Source: Chitinophaga pinensis (GTDB taxonomy: Bacteria > Bacteroidota > Bacteroidia > UKL13-3). From it: a stretch of DNA of 64,000 nt. Numbering within the stretch: position 1 is the first letter of the stretch; every line of letters begins with the position of its first letter. Both the position numbers and the translations under genes were made by a program. The stretch covers positions 8,884-72,883 of the forward strand of contig CAMBSD010000017.1 in assembly GCA_945870425.1 (NCBI GenBank), written 5' to 3'. Below, in pieces: positions 29,443 to 40,442 of this stretch. The notes beneath the pieces were generated by a model, which saw only the letters and a list, made by a program, of their open reading frames with translations, was not told the DNA's origin and searched no databases.

Positions 29443-31887
29443 TTATTTCACAAATTTAACTGTGTTTACAAAGCCTGTTTCCATGTTGCTTACTCTTACG
29501 AAGTAAACACCACTGCTCAATTTCTGTATGTCTAAGCTCTTTTTGTTACCCATCATGTTGTTGTTCATCACTTCTACACCTGATACGCTGAAGATTGATA
29601 CTTCTGATTGTTTGAAGTTTGCATTGGTAATCTCTACGTTCAATACATCTACTGCTGGGTTTGGATATACAGTCATATTTGCTGTTCTACCTGCCAATAC
29701 GCTTTCGATTGAGCTGGTTTTGTTTACAAATATTAACTCTAATCTACCATCCATAGTTGATGCTGGTTTTGAATCTACTGTGAATGCATATTTGTTGTTT
29801 TGACGTAAGTCTGTGATGGTATTGCTGTAATTATCTTTCAAATAGATATTGATGTTGGCATCAAATCCGTCTACTTGATTGAAGTTTAGGTCATACGTTC
29901 CTTCTTCTGCTACTGATGCGCCTAATGGAATTACTTTTGCATCCATGCTCTTTGTATTCATATAGTTTACAATCGCATATTTGTCTGTGCCAAAGTATGA
30001 GCTAATGTTTACACTTGGGTTCATCATTGGTTTTGCAACATCATCTGAATAGTTAAATTCATCTGATTTGTTATCCATAAAACGTACTACTGCTTCATCG
30101 CTTTCTGTTGCATCTTTTACTAAAGTCATTCTTAATGAATTTCTTTCTGCTGCTTTAAACATGTTCGATGGCGTATTGCTTACTTTTACTGATTCGCCTG
30201 CGCTTAATGCTGGTGATGAACCTGTAGCTTGTACAAAGAATGCTTGTCCGCTTGCTAAGTAACGAGTTACACTGTTTGTTGGTGTTGTTCCATCAAATGA
30301 TCCATATGAATTTGTGATTGGGTTCCAAACCCAAATAGTTCCTCCTACATTGGTTTTTGTCCATCCTGTAGAAGCGCTCCAATCAATTGGAGATGGGTAA
30401 GGATTTCCTACCAAGTTCCAACCATTACCTAAACTTGCATTGTAAGTTACTGGCATGCTCACTGGGCTTGATGGATTGCTTCCGCTTACCCATAAAGTAG
30501 TTGCGTTATTGGTTGTATTTACTGTAGTTAATGATATGCTTCTATCGCCTCTCACAAACACACGGTAACCTCTACCATTTGCTAAAGCTGAATTTCCATC
30601 AATAGCTTCCCATTTAGCGTTGATGTTGCTTCCACCTACTGCTGATGATTCGTTATATCCATAGGCTGATGATGAATTATTTGATGATGCATCTACAGTT
30701 CCTGTTGCACCTGTGATGTGAGTTCCGATACCTGAAGTACTTCCTGCATTGTCTCTCCATTGTAGAGTTGTTCCTCCTGATACTGGTGAGGCTAAGAATC
30801 TCCATCTACGTCCGTTTGCTGGAATATAACGCTCTGCGGTGATGGTTCCTGTTACTGCTGAACCTGAACTTAATTGATCGATTCTTGCTGTTCCTGCTGC
30901 TGTTGATTTTAATGTCAAACCATTTGTTGCTAAAATAGCTGTTCCTGTTTGGCTTACTGCGCCTGTTACTACTGCTGGCATGCTTAATGTTTTTGTTCCA
31001 CTTGATGCAAATCCTAAGTTTGTAACTGACAATGATGACAATGAACCTCCTACTGTTTGGCTACCTGAGCCTGTTAAGTTTAATGTGGCTGAGCTACTTG
31101 TGAATGTTCCATCTACTGTCATATCTCCACCTACGCTCAATGTATTTGAACCTAAATCGTGGCTTGTGCCTGACAATGATTTGTATGCTCTGCAAGACAA
31201 GTTACCTGATTGAGTTAATGTTCCTGCTGCAAAAATATTTACATCTTGACTTGAAGTTGGAGCTGCTGTACTTACTGATCCTGCTGTTCTTGAACCTGTA
31301 TTCCATGCACTGCCTGTCCAATAGGTTGGTGTATAACAAAATGCTTGGTTGGCTAGTACTGCTGCTGTTCCTGTATTTGATACTACTGAAACGTTGGCTC
31401 CTCCATTGTCATAGTTAAATCCTGCTGCTGGAGCTGCGTTGAATTTCCATGCAAAGTTTGGTGTTGATGTGGTTGAGTAATCTACTGTGTTTGTTAAAGT
31501 GATGGTGAAACATTTTACGCGTGATCCTGCTGGAATACTTGTTCCTGTTCCACTTCCTACTGAAGTGATAATCTTTCTGAAATAAGCTGGGGCGGTTGCT
31601 GAAAAACTCGCTGTACTTGCTCGTTGGCCTGCTACCAAACCGCTTGATGGTGTTGCTACCGTTAAGGTTCCGCCACTCGTCCATGCTGTGTTTACTAAGA
31701 AGGCTATCGTGCCTCCTCGTAGCTCAAATGAACTTGCTCCTGTGTTGTACAAGTATACATCTAAACTGTATACCTTTGAGCTTACTAATTGCTCATTCTC
31801 TAACCTCCACTCAAAGGTTGGTAGCTGCGCATATAATGTCGCGCCTAGCGTCATTAATAATGCAATTGTGGTAATGATTCTTTTCAT
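29443..31887 (-). CDS. T9SS type A sorting domain protein with cohesin-like N-terminal domain
   Basis: Signal peptide; N-terminal beta-rich YSLDVYLYNTG..FELRGGTIAFLVN domain; ERYIP..WRFLASPV, GWNLVGNPYPSPIDW, GQAFFV; CTD VYPNP...GVYFVRV...KFVK. Confidence 0.8.
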   Translation of the reverse strand: MKRIITTIALLMTLGATLYAQLPTFEWRLENEQLVSSKVYSLDVYLYNTGASSFELRGGTIAFLVNTAWTSGGTLTVATPSSGLVAGQRASTASFSATAPAYFRKIITSVGSGTGTSIPAGSRVKCFTITLTNTVDYSTTSTPNFAWKFNAAPAAGFNYDNGGANVSVVSNTGTAAVLANQAFCYTPTYWTGSAWNTGSRTAGSVSTAAPTSSQDVNIFAAGTLTQSGNLSCRAYKSLSGTSHDLGSNTLSVGGDMTVDGTFTSSSATLNLTGSGSQTVGGSLSSLSVTNLGFASSGTKTLSMPAVVTGAVSQTGTAILATNGLTLKSTAAGTARIDQLSSGSAVTGTITAERYIPANGRRWRFLASPVSGGTTLQWRDNAGSTSGIGTHITGATGTVDASSNNSSSAYGYNESSAVGGSNINAKWEAIDGNSALANGRGYRVFVRGDRSISLTTVNTTNNATTLWVSGSNPSSPVSMPVTYNASLGNGWNLVGNPYPSPIDWSASTGWTKTNVGGTIWVWNPITNSYGSFDGTTPTNSVTRYLASGQAFFVQATGSSPALSAGESVKVSNTPSNMFKAAERNSLRMTLVKDATESDEAVVRFMDNKSDEFNYSDDVAKPMMNPSVNISSYFGTDKYAIVNYMNTKSMDAKVIPLGASVAEEGTYDLNFNQVDGFDANINIYLKDNYSNTITDLRQNNKYAFTVDSKPASTMDGRLELIFVNKTSSIESVLAGRTANMTVYPNPAVDVLNVEITNANFKQSEVSIFSVSGVEVMNNNMMGNKKSLDIQKLSSGVYFVRVSNMETGFVNTVKFVK

Positions 31888-31922
31888 GTTTTTTAACTTT
31901 TAATTAATTGAATTAACTTAAA

Positions 31923-31963
31923 AATCAATCACATTACTAGTAATACCAATAATGTGATTGATT
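31923..31963 (-). terminator. Hairpin/terminator after the 1965-aa gene
   Basis: AATCAATCACATTA-N13-TAATGTGATTGATT perfect 14-bp stem. Confidence 0.6.
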
Positions 31964-31969
31964 ATTTAT

Positions 31970-34900
31970 TTATGGTGTCATTGTCAATGTTCCAAGATTA
32001 CTGTTGATATCTAACAATGGATAATCACTAAAATCAACAGAGGCATCGCCATTTAAGTCGGTTACATAATATCCTAAATCTCCATTGTTACTGCTAATAT
32101 CTAAATCAGGATAATCATTAAAGTCAACCGAACCATCTTGGTTGATATCTCCAGTATACATAATGAATACACCATTTCCATCATCAGCCATATTGCTTCC
32201 AAAAGCTTTACTTGCTGCATTTGAGAAATCATAATTATTTGTTTGACCTAATACAATTGGATTTGCTGACCAAGTGGTTATTGAGTTTCTATGTTTGATT
32301 ACTACAAAATAAGCATTACCCATCAAGGTTCCTGAGAAACTGCTTGAAACCATACCTGAAGTAGAAACAGATGATTTGTTAGTAGCAATTAAAGTATGGC
32401 TGCTGGTGGTATCATGCAATTCAATTGTTATGGTATCTGCTATAGTGCTTGGGCTAATTCCATCTGCACTAAATGGGGCAGCTATCATTGCGCCATTGCC
32501 CAGGTATAAGCCTTGTAAATATAATTTCAAGTTTAATTGTGCCGAAGCTGCAATTACATTAAGAGTTAAAGTAGCCGCACTATCACAACCTGCTGCATTG
32601 GTTAAATGTGCAGTTTGTGTTCCTGCTGCATTAAAGGTTAAACCGTTCCAATTGTAAGGCAACTGGTTTGAGTATATAGTTACGTTATTACTTGATGTGG
32701 TTGGTGTGCAAACTGAAACTACAGTTATATTAACAATGGCGTTGTTAGTACCACCACAATTATTTGCAGTAACGGTATAGTTTGTTGCAACCGAAGCAAC
32801 AGTTGGCGTGCCACTAATAACACCTGTAGTAGTGTTTAAACTTAAACCTGCTGGTAAGCTAGGGGTTACGCTATAACTACTTACCGCTCCACCGCTCATA
32901 TCAATTTTATAAACTTCAGAGTTATCGTCATCAGCCACATACACATTACCTGCTGCATCTAATGCAACACCCCTAGGTGCACTAAAACCAGAACCGATAC
33001 TGCTAATATTTCCGTTTGGAGCAACCACTTTGATAACACCATTTGAATTTGCACCATCAGCCACATAAACATTATCATTAGCATCTACAGCAATAGAACT
33101 CATATCATCAAAGCCTGTGGCTAAAACAGATATAGCGCCATTGGTAGTCATCTTTTTTAATACTCCTCCGAAACCAGTACCAGAATAATCTCCTACATAA
33201 ATATTACCTGTTGCATCTACAGCTATGGCTTCTGGATAAACAAATCCTGAACCTATAACTGTTATAATTCCACTGGTATTTATTTTTTTAACTTTATTAT
33301 TAAAGTTATCTGTTACATAAATATTACCTGCAGCATCAACTGCAACAGCCCTTGGGTTATTAAAACCAGTATAGGTATTTAACAAATTACCATTTGGCGA
33401 AATTTTTAATACTTTATTGTAGTATTGATTTGTAACATATACATTACCTGCTTTATCGGTAGCAAGGCCTCTTGCTTTTTCTATACCTGTGCTATAAAAA
33501 GTGGTTTCATTACCATTTTTATCTATTTTTTTAATTACGTCGTTGTCATAGTCAGAAACAAACACATTGCCTGCAGTGTCTACGGCAACACCATAAGGAT
33601 CGTAACCTGATGTAATTGTAGAAACATTGCTTGGGCTTAGTGGCGTTATGCTGCTATTTTGTGTGAATACATTAGGTGTATTATAGCTAAAAGCATTAGG
33701 TGCTTGTGTAACGGTTAAATTTAATGTTACCACACTATCGCAACCTGCTGCATTCGTTAATAATATTGTATCTGTGTTATTACTTGCAGTATATACTTTA
33801 TTGCCTTTGGCTACCCAAGTGTAGCTGCCACAAGCAGTATCCGTGAAAATTGACACCGTTGGTGTGCAAACAACACAACTAGATAATTGCATAGGGCTGG
33901 TTTTATTGCCAGCAGTACCAATACCTAATGCTGCTCCCGCGAAATTAGCCCCCCAAACCCATAAACTGCCATCGGTTTTAATGGCTAGGCTATGATCATA
34001 ACCTGCACTAATGCTTGCCCAATTGGTGGCAGTGCCTATTTGCACGGGGGTGTGTCTACCGGTAGTAGTTCCATCGCCCAATTGCCCTTGATAATTTACA
34101 CCCCAAGCCCATAAACTGCCATCAGTTTTTTTTGCCGTGGTATAATACCCACCTGCACTAGTGCTAGCCCAATTTGTTGCAGTGGTTATTTGCACAGGGC
34201 TGTGTCTATCGGTAGTAGTTCCATCGCCCAATTGTCCATCAGTATTTAATCCCCAAGCCCATAATGTGCCATCGTTTTTAACGGCAACATTGTGCATTCC
34301 ACCTGCATCAACGCTTTTCCAATTGGTGGCAGTGCCAATTTGCACAGGGCTGTTTCTTTGGGTAGTAGTTCCATCGCCCAATTGCCCAAATCCATTATAG
34401 CCCCAAGCCCATAATGTGCCATCGGTTTTTGTGGCTACGGTACTACTATATCCTACACTAATGCTTTTCCAATCGGTCGCAGTGCCTATTTGCACAGGGC
34501 TGTTTCTTTGGGTAGTGGTTCCATCACCCAATTGTCCGTTTAAATTTTTACCCCAAGCCCATAATGTGCCATCGGTTTTAAGGGCCATGGTATGTTCAGA
34601 AATACCACAAATAATTGTTTTCCAATTGGTGGCAGTGCCTATTTGCACTGGGCTGTTTCTTAGGGTAGTGGTTCCATCACCCAATTGTCCGTTAAAATTT
34701 TTACCCCAAGCCCATAATGTGCCATCATTTTTTATGGCCATGCTATAATCATTCCCACCCACAACGGTTTTCCAATTCCAATTGGTGGCTGTGCCTATTT
34801 TCACAGGGCTGTTTCTGGTGGTTTGAGTGCCATCTCCCAATTGTCCCCAATTATTATAACCCCAAGCCCATAAACTGCTATCAGTTTTTATGACAATGCT

Positions 34901-37867
34901 TGCATATGTACCTGCACTAACGGCTTGAATACAGCTTTCAGAAAAGGTTGTTCTAATAGTAATACCACCCGATATAGCACTAGTTACATTGCTGCAAGCA
35001 TTGCTTACTTTACAATAGTAATAAAGCGTTCCACCTTCAGTAGTAGCTGGTGTATAGCTTGCACTAGTGGCACCAAGAATAGGACCACCATTAATGTTTG
35101 CAGTAGTGTTGCTATACCACTGATAGCTTAAAGTGCCTGCACCTGTTGCAGTTACTGATAAAGTAGTAGCAGTTGCATTAAGTCTTAGTGAACGAGTTGT
35201 AGTATCAGGCTGCCCTGTAATAGCTACCATACCCGGTGGCGGTGTAATTGTTACCGAACCTAAACTGCTTAAAATTGAACAATGAGTTCCATTACTAATA
35301 CGTGCACGCACATTATAAGTAGCTGGATACACATTGGTAAAATGAGGATCTTCGGTATAATATTGACCATTGATAGTGTATTGGATACTATTGTCTTTAA
35401 TGACTACATTTTTTACAGAATGGTAATTGTTTGCCCCTCCTCCGCATCTTGCAGCAAGAGCATATTGCCAACTAGATTTGTTATCGGTAGTATAAGCTGC
35501 TGGCAATTGGTAATTGCTACAAATAGTAGTATCACCGTGCACAATGGTTAGTTTTCCATCGTATGTTACAGATATAGCAACTGATTTATAACTATTTGTA
35601 TTTAGGGTTGCACTATAAGACTGAAGCTCAATTTTATTATAATAAATTTTAATGGTATTGAAATATTCGATAAAGCCAATAGCCAAACCACTGTTTACCA
35701 TTCCAGATTCTGCCGCACCTGCAGTACCGGCAGTATTTAAATTTCCATAGTTAAAACTAATTCCATCTCCTCCGTTTCCTCCTCCTACAAATACATCATA
35801 GTTGGCAGCAAAAGCATTGGGTTTAGCTACCGTTGAATTAAAAGCAATATAACCAGCCCTGTTGCTAGTATTTGGTGTAAGCACTAAATCGCCAAATCCC
35901 CCCCATATAGGGTTACAACAAGTACCCAAATTGCCAATAGTAGCAGCACCTAGTTGTTGATTAGTCAAACTAATATTTACTAAATCGTAGGGTGATGATA
36001 GACCGTGAGATACATTGCTAATAGTAACAGTACCACCTGTAGTTGTACAAGTAGTTGGGCTAGTAGAAGCTAGAGTTCCCGTAATATCTGGTGTATAAGT
36101 AATTGTTGCAGTTCCTATTTGAAAAGTATTTGAGCAATGAACCCCATTGCTTTTACGAGCAAACACGGTATACTGCCCAGGGGCTACACCAGTTAATGTT
36201 GTAGCTGAAGTAAAATTACCATTACCTAAAAAATATTGAATATCGTTGTCTTTAATGACTACATTTTTTACAGAATGGTAATTGTTTGCCCCTGCTCCGC
36301 ATCTTGCAGCAAGAGCATATTGCCAATTAGATTTGTTGTCAGCAACATAAGCTGCTGGTAATTGGTAGTTGCTACAAATAGTAATACCACCATGCACAAT
36401 GGTTATTTTTCCATCTTGTGTTACCGTTATAGCAACTGATTTATAACTACCTGTATTTAGGGTTGCACTATAAGACTGAAGCTCAATTTTATTATAATAA
36501 ATTTTAATGGTATTGCTATATTCGCTAAAGCCAATAGCCAAACCACTGTTTACCATTCCAGATTCAGCGGCACCTGCAGTACCTACAGTATTTAATACCC
36601 CATAGTTAAAGCTTAAACCATCTCCTCCGTTTCCTCCTCCTACAAATACATCATAGTTGGCAGAAAAAGCATTGGGTTGGGCTTCATTTGTACCAAAAGC
36701 AATAAAGCCAGCCCTATTGCTAGTATTTGGTGTAAGCACTATATCACCATTACCCCAATAAGGGTTACAACAAGTACCCAAATTACCAATATAAGCACCA
36801 CCAAGTTGATTGTTAGTTAGACTAAGATTTACTAAATCGTATGGAACAAAATTATGCGTTACATTGCTAATAGCAATAGTACCAGTACTTGTGCAAGTAG
36901 TAGGATTATTAGGGGTTATAGTTGCAGCAACAGATAAACTAGTAATAGTTTGTGTACCTATACTAGCTGTTGAATTATAACCATTAGCATTATAAGCAGC
37001 ATTACCAATTCTGGCATAAGAGCCATAAGTACCAGGGTTTAAACCAGAAAAATTATTATTTGTAGTAAAATTGGTACCATCTAAACTATATTCCCAAGGT
37101 GTGCGATCTTTTATGACTACATCATTTATGGAGTGATAATTATTTAATGCACCGCATCGTGCAGCAAAGCCATATTGCCAGTTGGTTTTATTATCGGTAA
37201 TATAAGCAGCCGGTAACTGATAGTTGGTGCAATAAACGTTGCCACCATGGGAAAGCGTAAGTTGTCCGCTTCCGGTAATTTCTATGCTAACTGATTTCCA
37301 GCCACTATTATTTAGAGTGCCATTTACATTATAAGATGTAAGTTGAACTTTGTTATAATAAATTATTATTTTGTTACTATAATCATTAAAACCAATAGCC
37401 AAGCCACTATCTATCATGCCAAATTCTCCATAGTTTCCACTACTAGTGTTTACTTTACCATAGTTAAAGCTAGTGCCATCTGCACCAGAGCCACCACCTA
37501 TATATATGTTAAAGTTGGCAATAAAATTAACGGGTTTCAATGCTGTTTCAGCAAATGTGATAAACCCTCTTTTGTCATTTGAATTTGGTGTTAGCTGCAA
37601 CCAGTGAGACGCACCAGGAGTGAATGCTGGCGTATAGTTCACCCCTCCCACTACTGCACCCACAGGCAAAGAAGATAAATCGGAATTTACTAAATTGTAA
37701 GGGGCTGCACTTGTTGCAGTATTAATTGTTATGCTACCGGTCCCCGAACAAATAGCAGAAGTTGTAGTGGCACTTCCCGTTATAGTCGGTGGTGTTTGAG
37801 CCTTGGCAAATGTGCCAAAGAGGAACAGCATGACTACTATCCAAATGGTTTTAAAGTTTGATTTCAT
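31970..37867 (-). CDS. Large secreted adhesin-like protein: 3 legume-lectin-like domains, Ig-like domain, RCC1 repeats, NHL repeats within a putative Ig domain, dockerin-like C-terminal module
   Basis: Signal peptide; 3x LTPN...GGG.GADG/GDG.SF.YG...GF/ALAARCG; YQWY..YYYC Ig; repeated [16 protein letters not shown]; repeated P.GVAVD..GNVYV.D; [18 protein letters not shown]; [13 protein letters not shown]. Confidence 0.85.
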   Translation of the reverse strand: MKSNFKTIWIVVMLFLFGTFAKAQTPPTITGSATTTSAICSGTGSITINTATSAAPYNLVNSDLSSLPVGAVVGGVNYTPAFTPGASHWLQLTPNSNDKRGFITFAETALKPVNFIANFNIYIGGGSGADGTSFNYGKVNTSSGNYGEFGMIDSGLAIGFNDYSNKIIIYYNKVQLTSYNVNGTLNNSGWKSVSIEITGSGQLTLSHGGNVYCTNYQLPAAYITDNKTNWQYGFAARCGALNNYHSINDVVIKDRTPWEYSLDGTNFTTNNNFSGLNPGTYGSYARIGNAAYNANGYNSTASIGTQTITSLSVAATITPNNPTTCTSTGTIAISNVTHNFVPYDLVNLSLTNNQLGGAYIGNLGTCCNPYWGNGDIVLTPNTSNRAGFIAFGTNEAQPNAFSANYDVFVGGGNGGDGLSFNYGVLNTVGTAGAAESGMVNSGLAIGFSEYSNTIKIYYNKIELQSYSATLNTGSYKSVAITVTQDGKITIVHGGITICSNYQLPAAYVADNKSNWQYALAARCGAGANNYHSVKNVVIKDNDIQYFLGNGNFTSATTLTGVAPGQYTVFARKSNGVHCSNTFQIGTATITYTPDITGTLASTSPTTCTTTGGTVTISNVSHGLSSPYDLVNISLTNQQLGAATIGNLGTCCNPIWGGFGDLVLTPNTSNRAGYIAFNSTVAKPNAFAANYDVFVGGGNGGDGISFNYGNLNTAGTAGAAESGMVNSGLAIGFIEYFNTIKIYYNKIELQSYSATLNTNSYKSVAISVTYDGKLTIVHGDTTICSNYQLPAAYTTDNKSSWQYALAARCGGGANNYHSVKNVVIKDNSIQYTINGQYYTEDPHFTNVYPATYNVRARISNGTHCSILSSLGSVTITPPPGMVAITGQPDTTTRSLRLNATATTLSVTATGAGTLSYQWYSNTTANINGGPILGATSASYTPATTEGGTLYYYCKVSNACSNVTSAISGGITIRTTFSESCIQAVSAGTYASIVIKTDSSLWAWGYNNWGQLGDGTQTTRNSPVKIGTATNWNWKTVVGGNDYSMAIKNDGTLWAWGKNFNGQLGDGTTTLRNSPVQIGTATNWKTIICGISEHTMALKTDGTLWAWGKNLNGQLGDGTTTQRNSPVQIGTATDWKSISVGYSSTVATKTDGTLWAWGYNGFGQLGDGTTTQRNSPVQIGTATNWKSVDAGGMHNVAVKNDGTLWAWGLNTDGQLGDGTTTDRHSPVQITTATNWASTSAGGYYTTAKKTDGSLWAWGVNYQGQLGDGTTTGRHTPVQIGTATNWASISAGYDHSLAIKTDGSLWVWGANFAGAALGIGTAGNKTSPMQLSSCVVCTPTVSIFTDTACGSYTWVAKGNKVYTASNNTDTILLTNAAGCDSVVTLNLTVTQAPNAFSYNTPNVFTQNSSITPLSPSNVSTITSGYDPYGVAVDTAGNVFVSDYDNDVIKKIDKNGNETTFYSTGIEKARGLATDKAGNVYVTNQYYNKVLKISPNGNLLNTYTGFNNPRAVAVDAAGNIYVTDNFNNKVKKINTSGIITVIGSGFVYPEAIAVDATGNIYVGDYSGTGFGGVLKKMTTNGAISVLATGFDDMSSIAVDANDNVYVADGANSNGVIKVVAPNGNISSIGSGFSAPRGVALDAAGNVYVADDDNSEVYKIDMSGGAVSSYSVTPSLPAGLSLNTTTGVISGTPTVASVATNYTVTANNCGGTNNAIVNITVVSVCTPTTSSNNVTIYSNQLPYNWNGLTFNAAGTQTAHLTNAAGCDSAATLTLNVIAASAQLNLKLYLQGLYLGNGAMIAAPFSADGISPSTIADTITIELHDTTSSHTLIATNKSSVSTSGMVSSSFSGTLMGNAYFVVIKHRNSITTWSANPIVLGQTNNYDFSNAASKAFGSNMADDGNGVFIMYTGDINQDGSVDFNDYPDLDISSNNGDLGYYVTDLNGDASVDFSDYPLLDINSNLGTLTMTP
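33900..34930 (-). repeat. Intragenic RCC1 tandem repeats (about 150-bp unit)
   Basis: Repeated ccccaagcccataatgtgcc and gttccatcgcccaattg motifs at about 150-bp spacing. Confidence 0.85.
35390..36845 (-). repeat. Intragenic duplication of a lectin domain (offset about 855 bp)
   Basis: ttgtctttaatgactacattttttacagaatggtaattgtttgcccct occurs at 35391 and 36246; similarity extends about 600 bp. Confidence 0.85.
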
Positions 37868-37924
37868 TTTTTAGTTTTGGTATTAATTTAGGCTACAAAA
37901 ATGGTCAAAACATATTATGTGGAC

Positions 37925-37944
37925 TACAAGGGTTAACCCTTGTA
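37925..37944. promoter_or_regulatory. Perfect 20-bp palindrome, putative operator
   Basis: TACAAGGGTT|AACCCTTGTA, in the divergent intergenic region between the adhesin gene and the two-component pair. Confidence 0.6.
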
Positions 37945-37994
37945 TTTCAATAGCCCTGTTTTTAGTGTTGTAATTGCAATAAAAATAAATAGTT

Positions 37995-39614
37995 TTGAAT
38001 ATAATGAATAGTATTTTTCACAACCCAAAATGTGTTGTTAAGTATTTTATACTTGGTATTTTTAGTTTGCTATTATATGTTGATAATGTAAAAGCTCAAA
38101 CAAAAGCTGAAAAGGAATTAAAGGAAATTGTTTATAGATATAACAATGGACTTCAGTATGACTCAGCAATCCTAGCTATTAATAAGTTTATAAATCAAAA
38201 TAATAGTAGCAATCAAAATAAGTTTTATGCTAACTTATTCATGTCTTTTATATACAAAAGATTGCAAGATTATGCGCAAGTGAATAAATACTTAGATAAA
38301 GCTATCAGGTATGGCATACAAACCAAAAATAAAGATTTTTTTCTAGCCTTATATTACTGCCAAAAATCATTTGCTTATTTTGACATAAGTGATTTCTCTA
38401 ATGCCGACAGCCTGATGAAACCATTAATAGCAAATAACTACAAGTATTTAGAAAATGAGGATAAAGGTACATTGATGATACAAAAGGCATTTTTACTTCT
38501 GCGCAAAAATAAATATGATGAGGCTGCTGAGATGTATAAAGTTGCAGAAATTTTTATGCAGCAAAATTGCCCTTGTGAATTGCCAATAGTTTATGCAAAT
38601 AAAATACAATTTTATGAGGCTACGAGGCAATTTGACAAGATGGAAGAATGTTATAGAATGGGGATGGCTAGCGCTGAAAGTTGCGGAATATTAAAATATA
38701 AAATGATGTGTACCCAAAACATGTATTATTTTTATCGTAAGAATGGCTATTTTGAAAAGGCTATATATTATTCGAAAGCATGGGACAGTATGAATTTTAT
38801 TTTTAAAACTAATGAAAATATACAAAAACTGAAAGATGTTGATATTCAACTTAAAGAAAAGGCAATAAAAGAAATCATTGATAAACAAAATAACATCATT
38901 TTACAAAATAAAATACATACAAATAATTTAGTCATTTATACCTTAATCATAATTTGCATCACCATTTTATTTATATTTTATTATGAAATGAGAAAGAGTA
39001 AGTTCAAACGTCAACAACGTATGCAATTTACTAAGCAGCTTTTTGAGAAGATAGAAGAAGAAAGAAAAAGAATAGCAAGCGACCTACATGATGGTATAAT
39101 TAATGATTTGATTTCTCTCAAAAAAACCAAACAGGAATTACCTAACCATCTGGAAAGCGATATAGATACCACAATTGAAAATATAAGAAGCATAAGCAGA
39201 AATTTACATCCTGTAATGTTTGAAAGAGTTGGACTTAAAACCACAATAGAACAGTTAGTGGGGAAGATTCAAAGCACAGATCAATTCTTGATTACATCCG
39301 ATATATCATATAATTGCAGCTTGGATAACAATACAGAATTACAATTATTTCGTATTATACAGGAAGCTTGCAGCAATATGATAAAACATTCGATGGCCGT
39401 TGCTGGCAGGGTTTCAATAATTGATGAGCAGAAAATAGTAAATATAATTATAGAAGACAATGGAAAAGGATTTAATGTGAGCCAAAAATTAAATGATAAC
39501 AATTCCTATGGAATACATAATATCATATTAAGAACAAAATTACTTGGAGGTAAAATTCATGTTGAATCAAATTCCTTGGGAACAAAAATAAACATATCCA
39601 TACCTAAAAAATAA
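37995..39614 (+). CDS. Sensor histidine kinase with periplasmic TPR-like region (HisKA_3/NarX type)
   Basis: Signal/TM, helical repeats, second TM, EERKRIASDLHDG, RSISRNLHP, FRIIQEACSNMIKHS, EDNGKGF. Confidence 0.9.
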   Translation: MNIMNSIFHNPKCVVKYFILGIFSLLLYVDNVKAQTKAEKELKEIVYRYNNGLQYDSAILAINKFINQNNSSNQNKFYANLFMSFIYKRLQDYAQVNKYLDKAIRYGIQTKNKDFFLALYYCQKSFAYFDISDFSNADSLMKPLIANNYKYLENEDKGTLMIQKAFLLLRKNKYDEAAEMYKVAEIFMQQNCPCELPIVYANKIQFYEATRQFDKMEECYRMGMASAESCGILKYKMMCTQNMYYFYRKNGYFEKAIYYSKAWDSMNFIFKTNENIQKLKDVDIQLKEKAIKEIIDKQNNIILQNKIHTNNLVIYTLIIICITILFIFYYEMRKSKFKRQQRMQFTKQLFEKIEEERKRIASDLHDGIINDLISLKKTKQELPNHLESDIDTTIENIRSISRNLHPVMFERVGLKTTIEQLVGKIQSTDQFLITSDISYNCSLDNNTELQLFRIIQEACSNMIKHSMAVAGRVSIIDEQKIVNIIIEDNGKGFNVSQKLNDNNSYGIHNIILRTKLLGGKIHVESNSLGTKINISIPKK

Positions 39615-39616
39615 TA

Positions 39617-40243
39617 ATGACTATTTTAATCGCAGATGATCACCCGCTGACATTATTGGGAACAAAAAACTATGTTGAATCAATAGGCTATAAAGTGGAT
39701 TGTATCTGTTCAAATGGCATAGCGGCATACAACAACCTTTGTACTAAAAATTTCAGCCTTGCGATTTTGGATATAAATATGCCAGGTATGGATGGCTTGG
39801 AATTACTTGAAAAAATGTATCAAAGTAAAATGCGTACTAAAGTTATATTACTTACCATGCACCGTGAAGTAAGCATATATAAAAGAGCAAATGAAATTGG
39901 TGTGTATGGATATTTATTAAAAAATCATTCAGAAAGTGAGTTAGAACGATGTATTCAATCTGTTATCAACAATAAACAATACATAAGTCCTTTAATAAGT
40001 AATGAACTTGTTTTCGATACCCTTGAAAAGAATGATGATGTATATTCAATTCTAACCTTAACAGAAAAAAAAGTATTAGAAATGGTGGGTAGGCAATACA
40101 ATACCAAGCAAATTGCGAAACTACTTTTTATTGCTGAAAAAACAGTTGAATGGCACAGAAGAAATATTATTGAAAAACTAGGATTACCCAAGGAGAAAAA
40201 TGCTTTATTACATTGGGCATTAAAAAATAGTATGAATTCTTAG
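39617..40243 (+). CDS. NarL/LuxR family response regulator
   Basis: ILIADDHP, LDINMPGMDG, LTLTEKKV...IAEKTVEWHRRNIIEKLG HTH. Confidence 0.93.
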   Translation: MTILIADDHPLTLLGTKNYVESIGYKVDCICSNGIAAYNNLCTKNFSLAILDINMPGMDGLELLEKMYQSKMRTKVILLTMHREVSIYKRANEIGVYGYLLKNHSESELERCIQSVINNKQYISPLISNELVFDTLEKNDDVYSILTLTEKKVLEMVGRQYNTKQIAKLLFIAEKTVEWHRRNIIEKLGLPKEKNALLHWALKNSMNS

Positions 40244-40306
40244 CAAAAAAATAAAATGCCTAGTTATAGGTAGGCATAAGATATATCCAATCCATATCTT
40301 CGTAGC

Positions 40307-40378
40307 GAAGTGTAAGACACAGCAATTACATTTTTTCATAGTTAGGTTAAACGGAGTTATTTTATAACTCCGTTTTCT
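40307..40378 (+). ncRNA. Candidate small RNA
   Basis: Promoter-like TATCTTCG at 40295-40302, about 70 nt without a plus-strand ORF, ending in terminator AAACGGAGTTAT-ttt-ATAACTCCGTTT plus U tail. Confidence 0.4.
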
Positions 40379-40442
40379 ATTTAATGCACCCCTCAATTGG
40401 TTTGTAAAAACTTTTTCGCAAAATCATAGTTAAATCTTTCGT

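Noticed and set aside
33900-36845. Diversity-generating retroelement template/variable repeats
   Set aside because: Repeats are in-frame protein domains, differences are not adenine-specific, and no reverse transcriptase is in the window.
23717-37582. Many 60-110 aa antisense ORFs inside the large surface-protein genes
   Set aside because: Expected shadow frames from biased codon usage; no motifs or independent signals.
40220-40339. 39-aa minus-strand ORF MKKCNCCVLHFATKIW...
   Set aside because: Reads through the reverse complement of a promoter-like motif and overlaps the regulator 3' end; the plus-strand sRNA or terminator explanation is simpler, though the ORF is not excluded.
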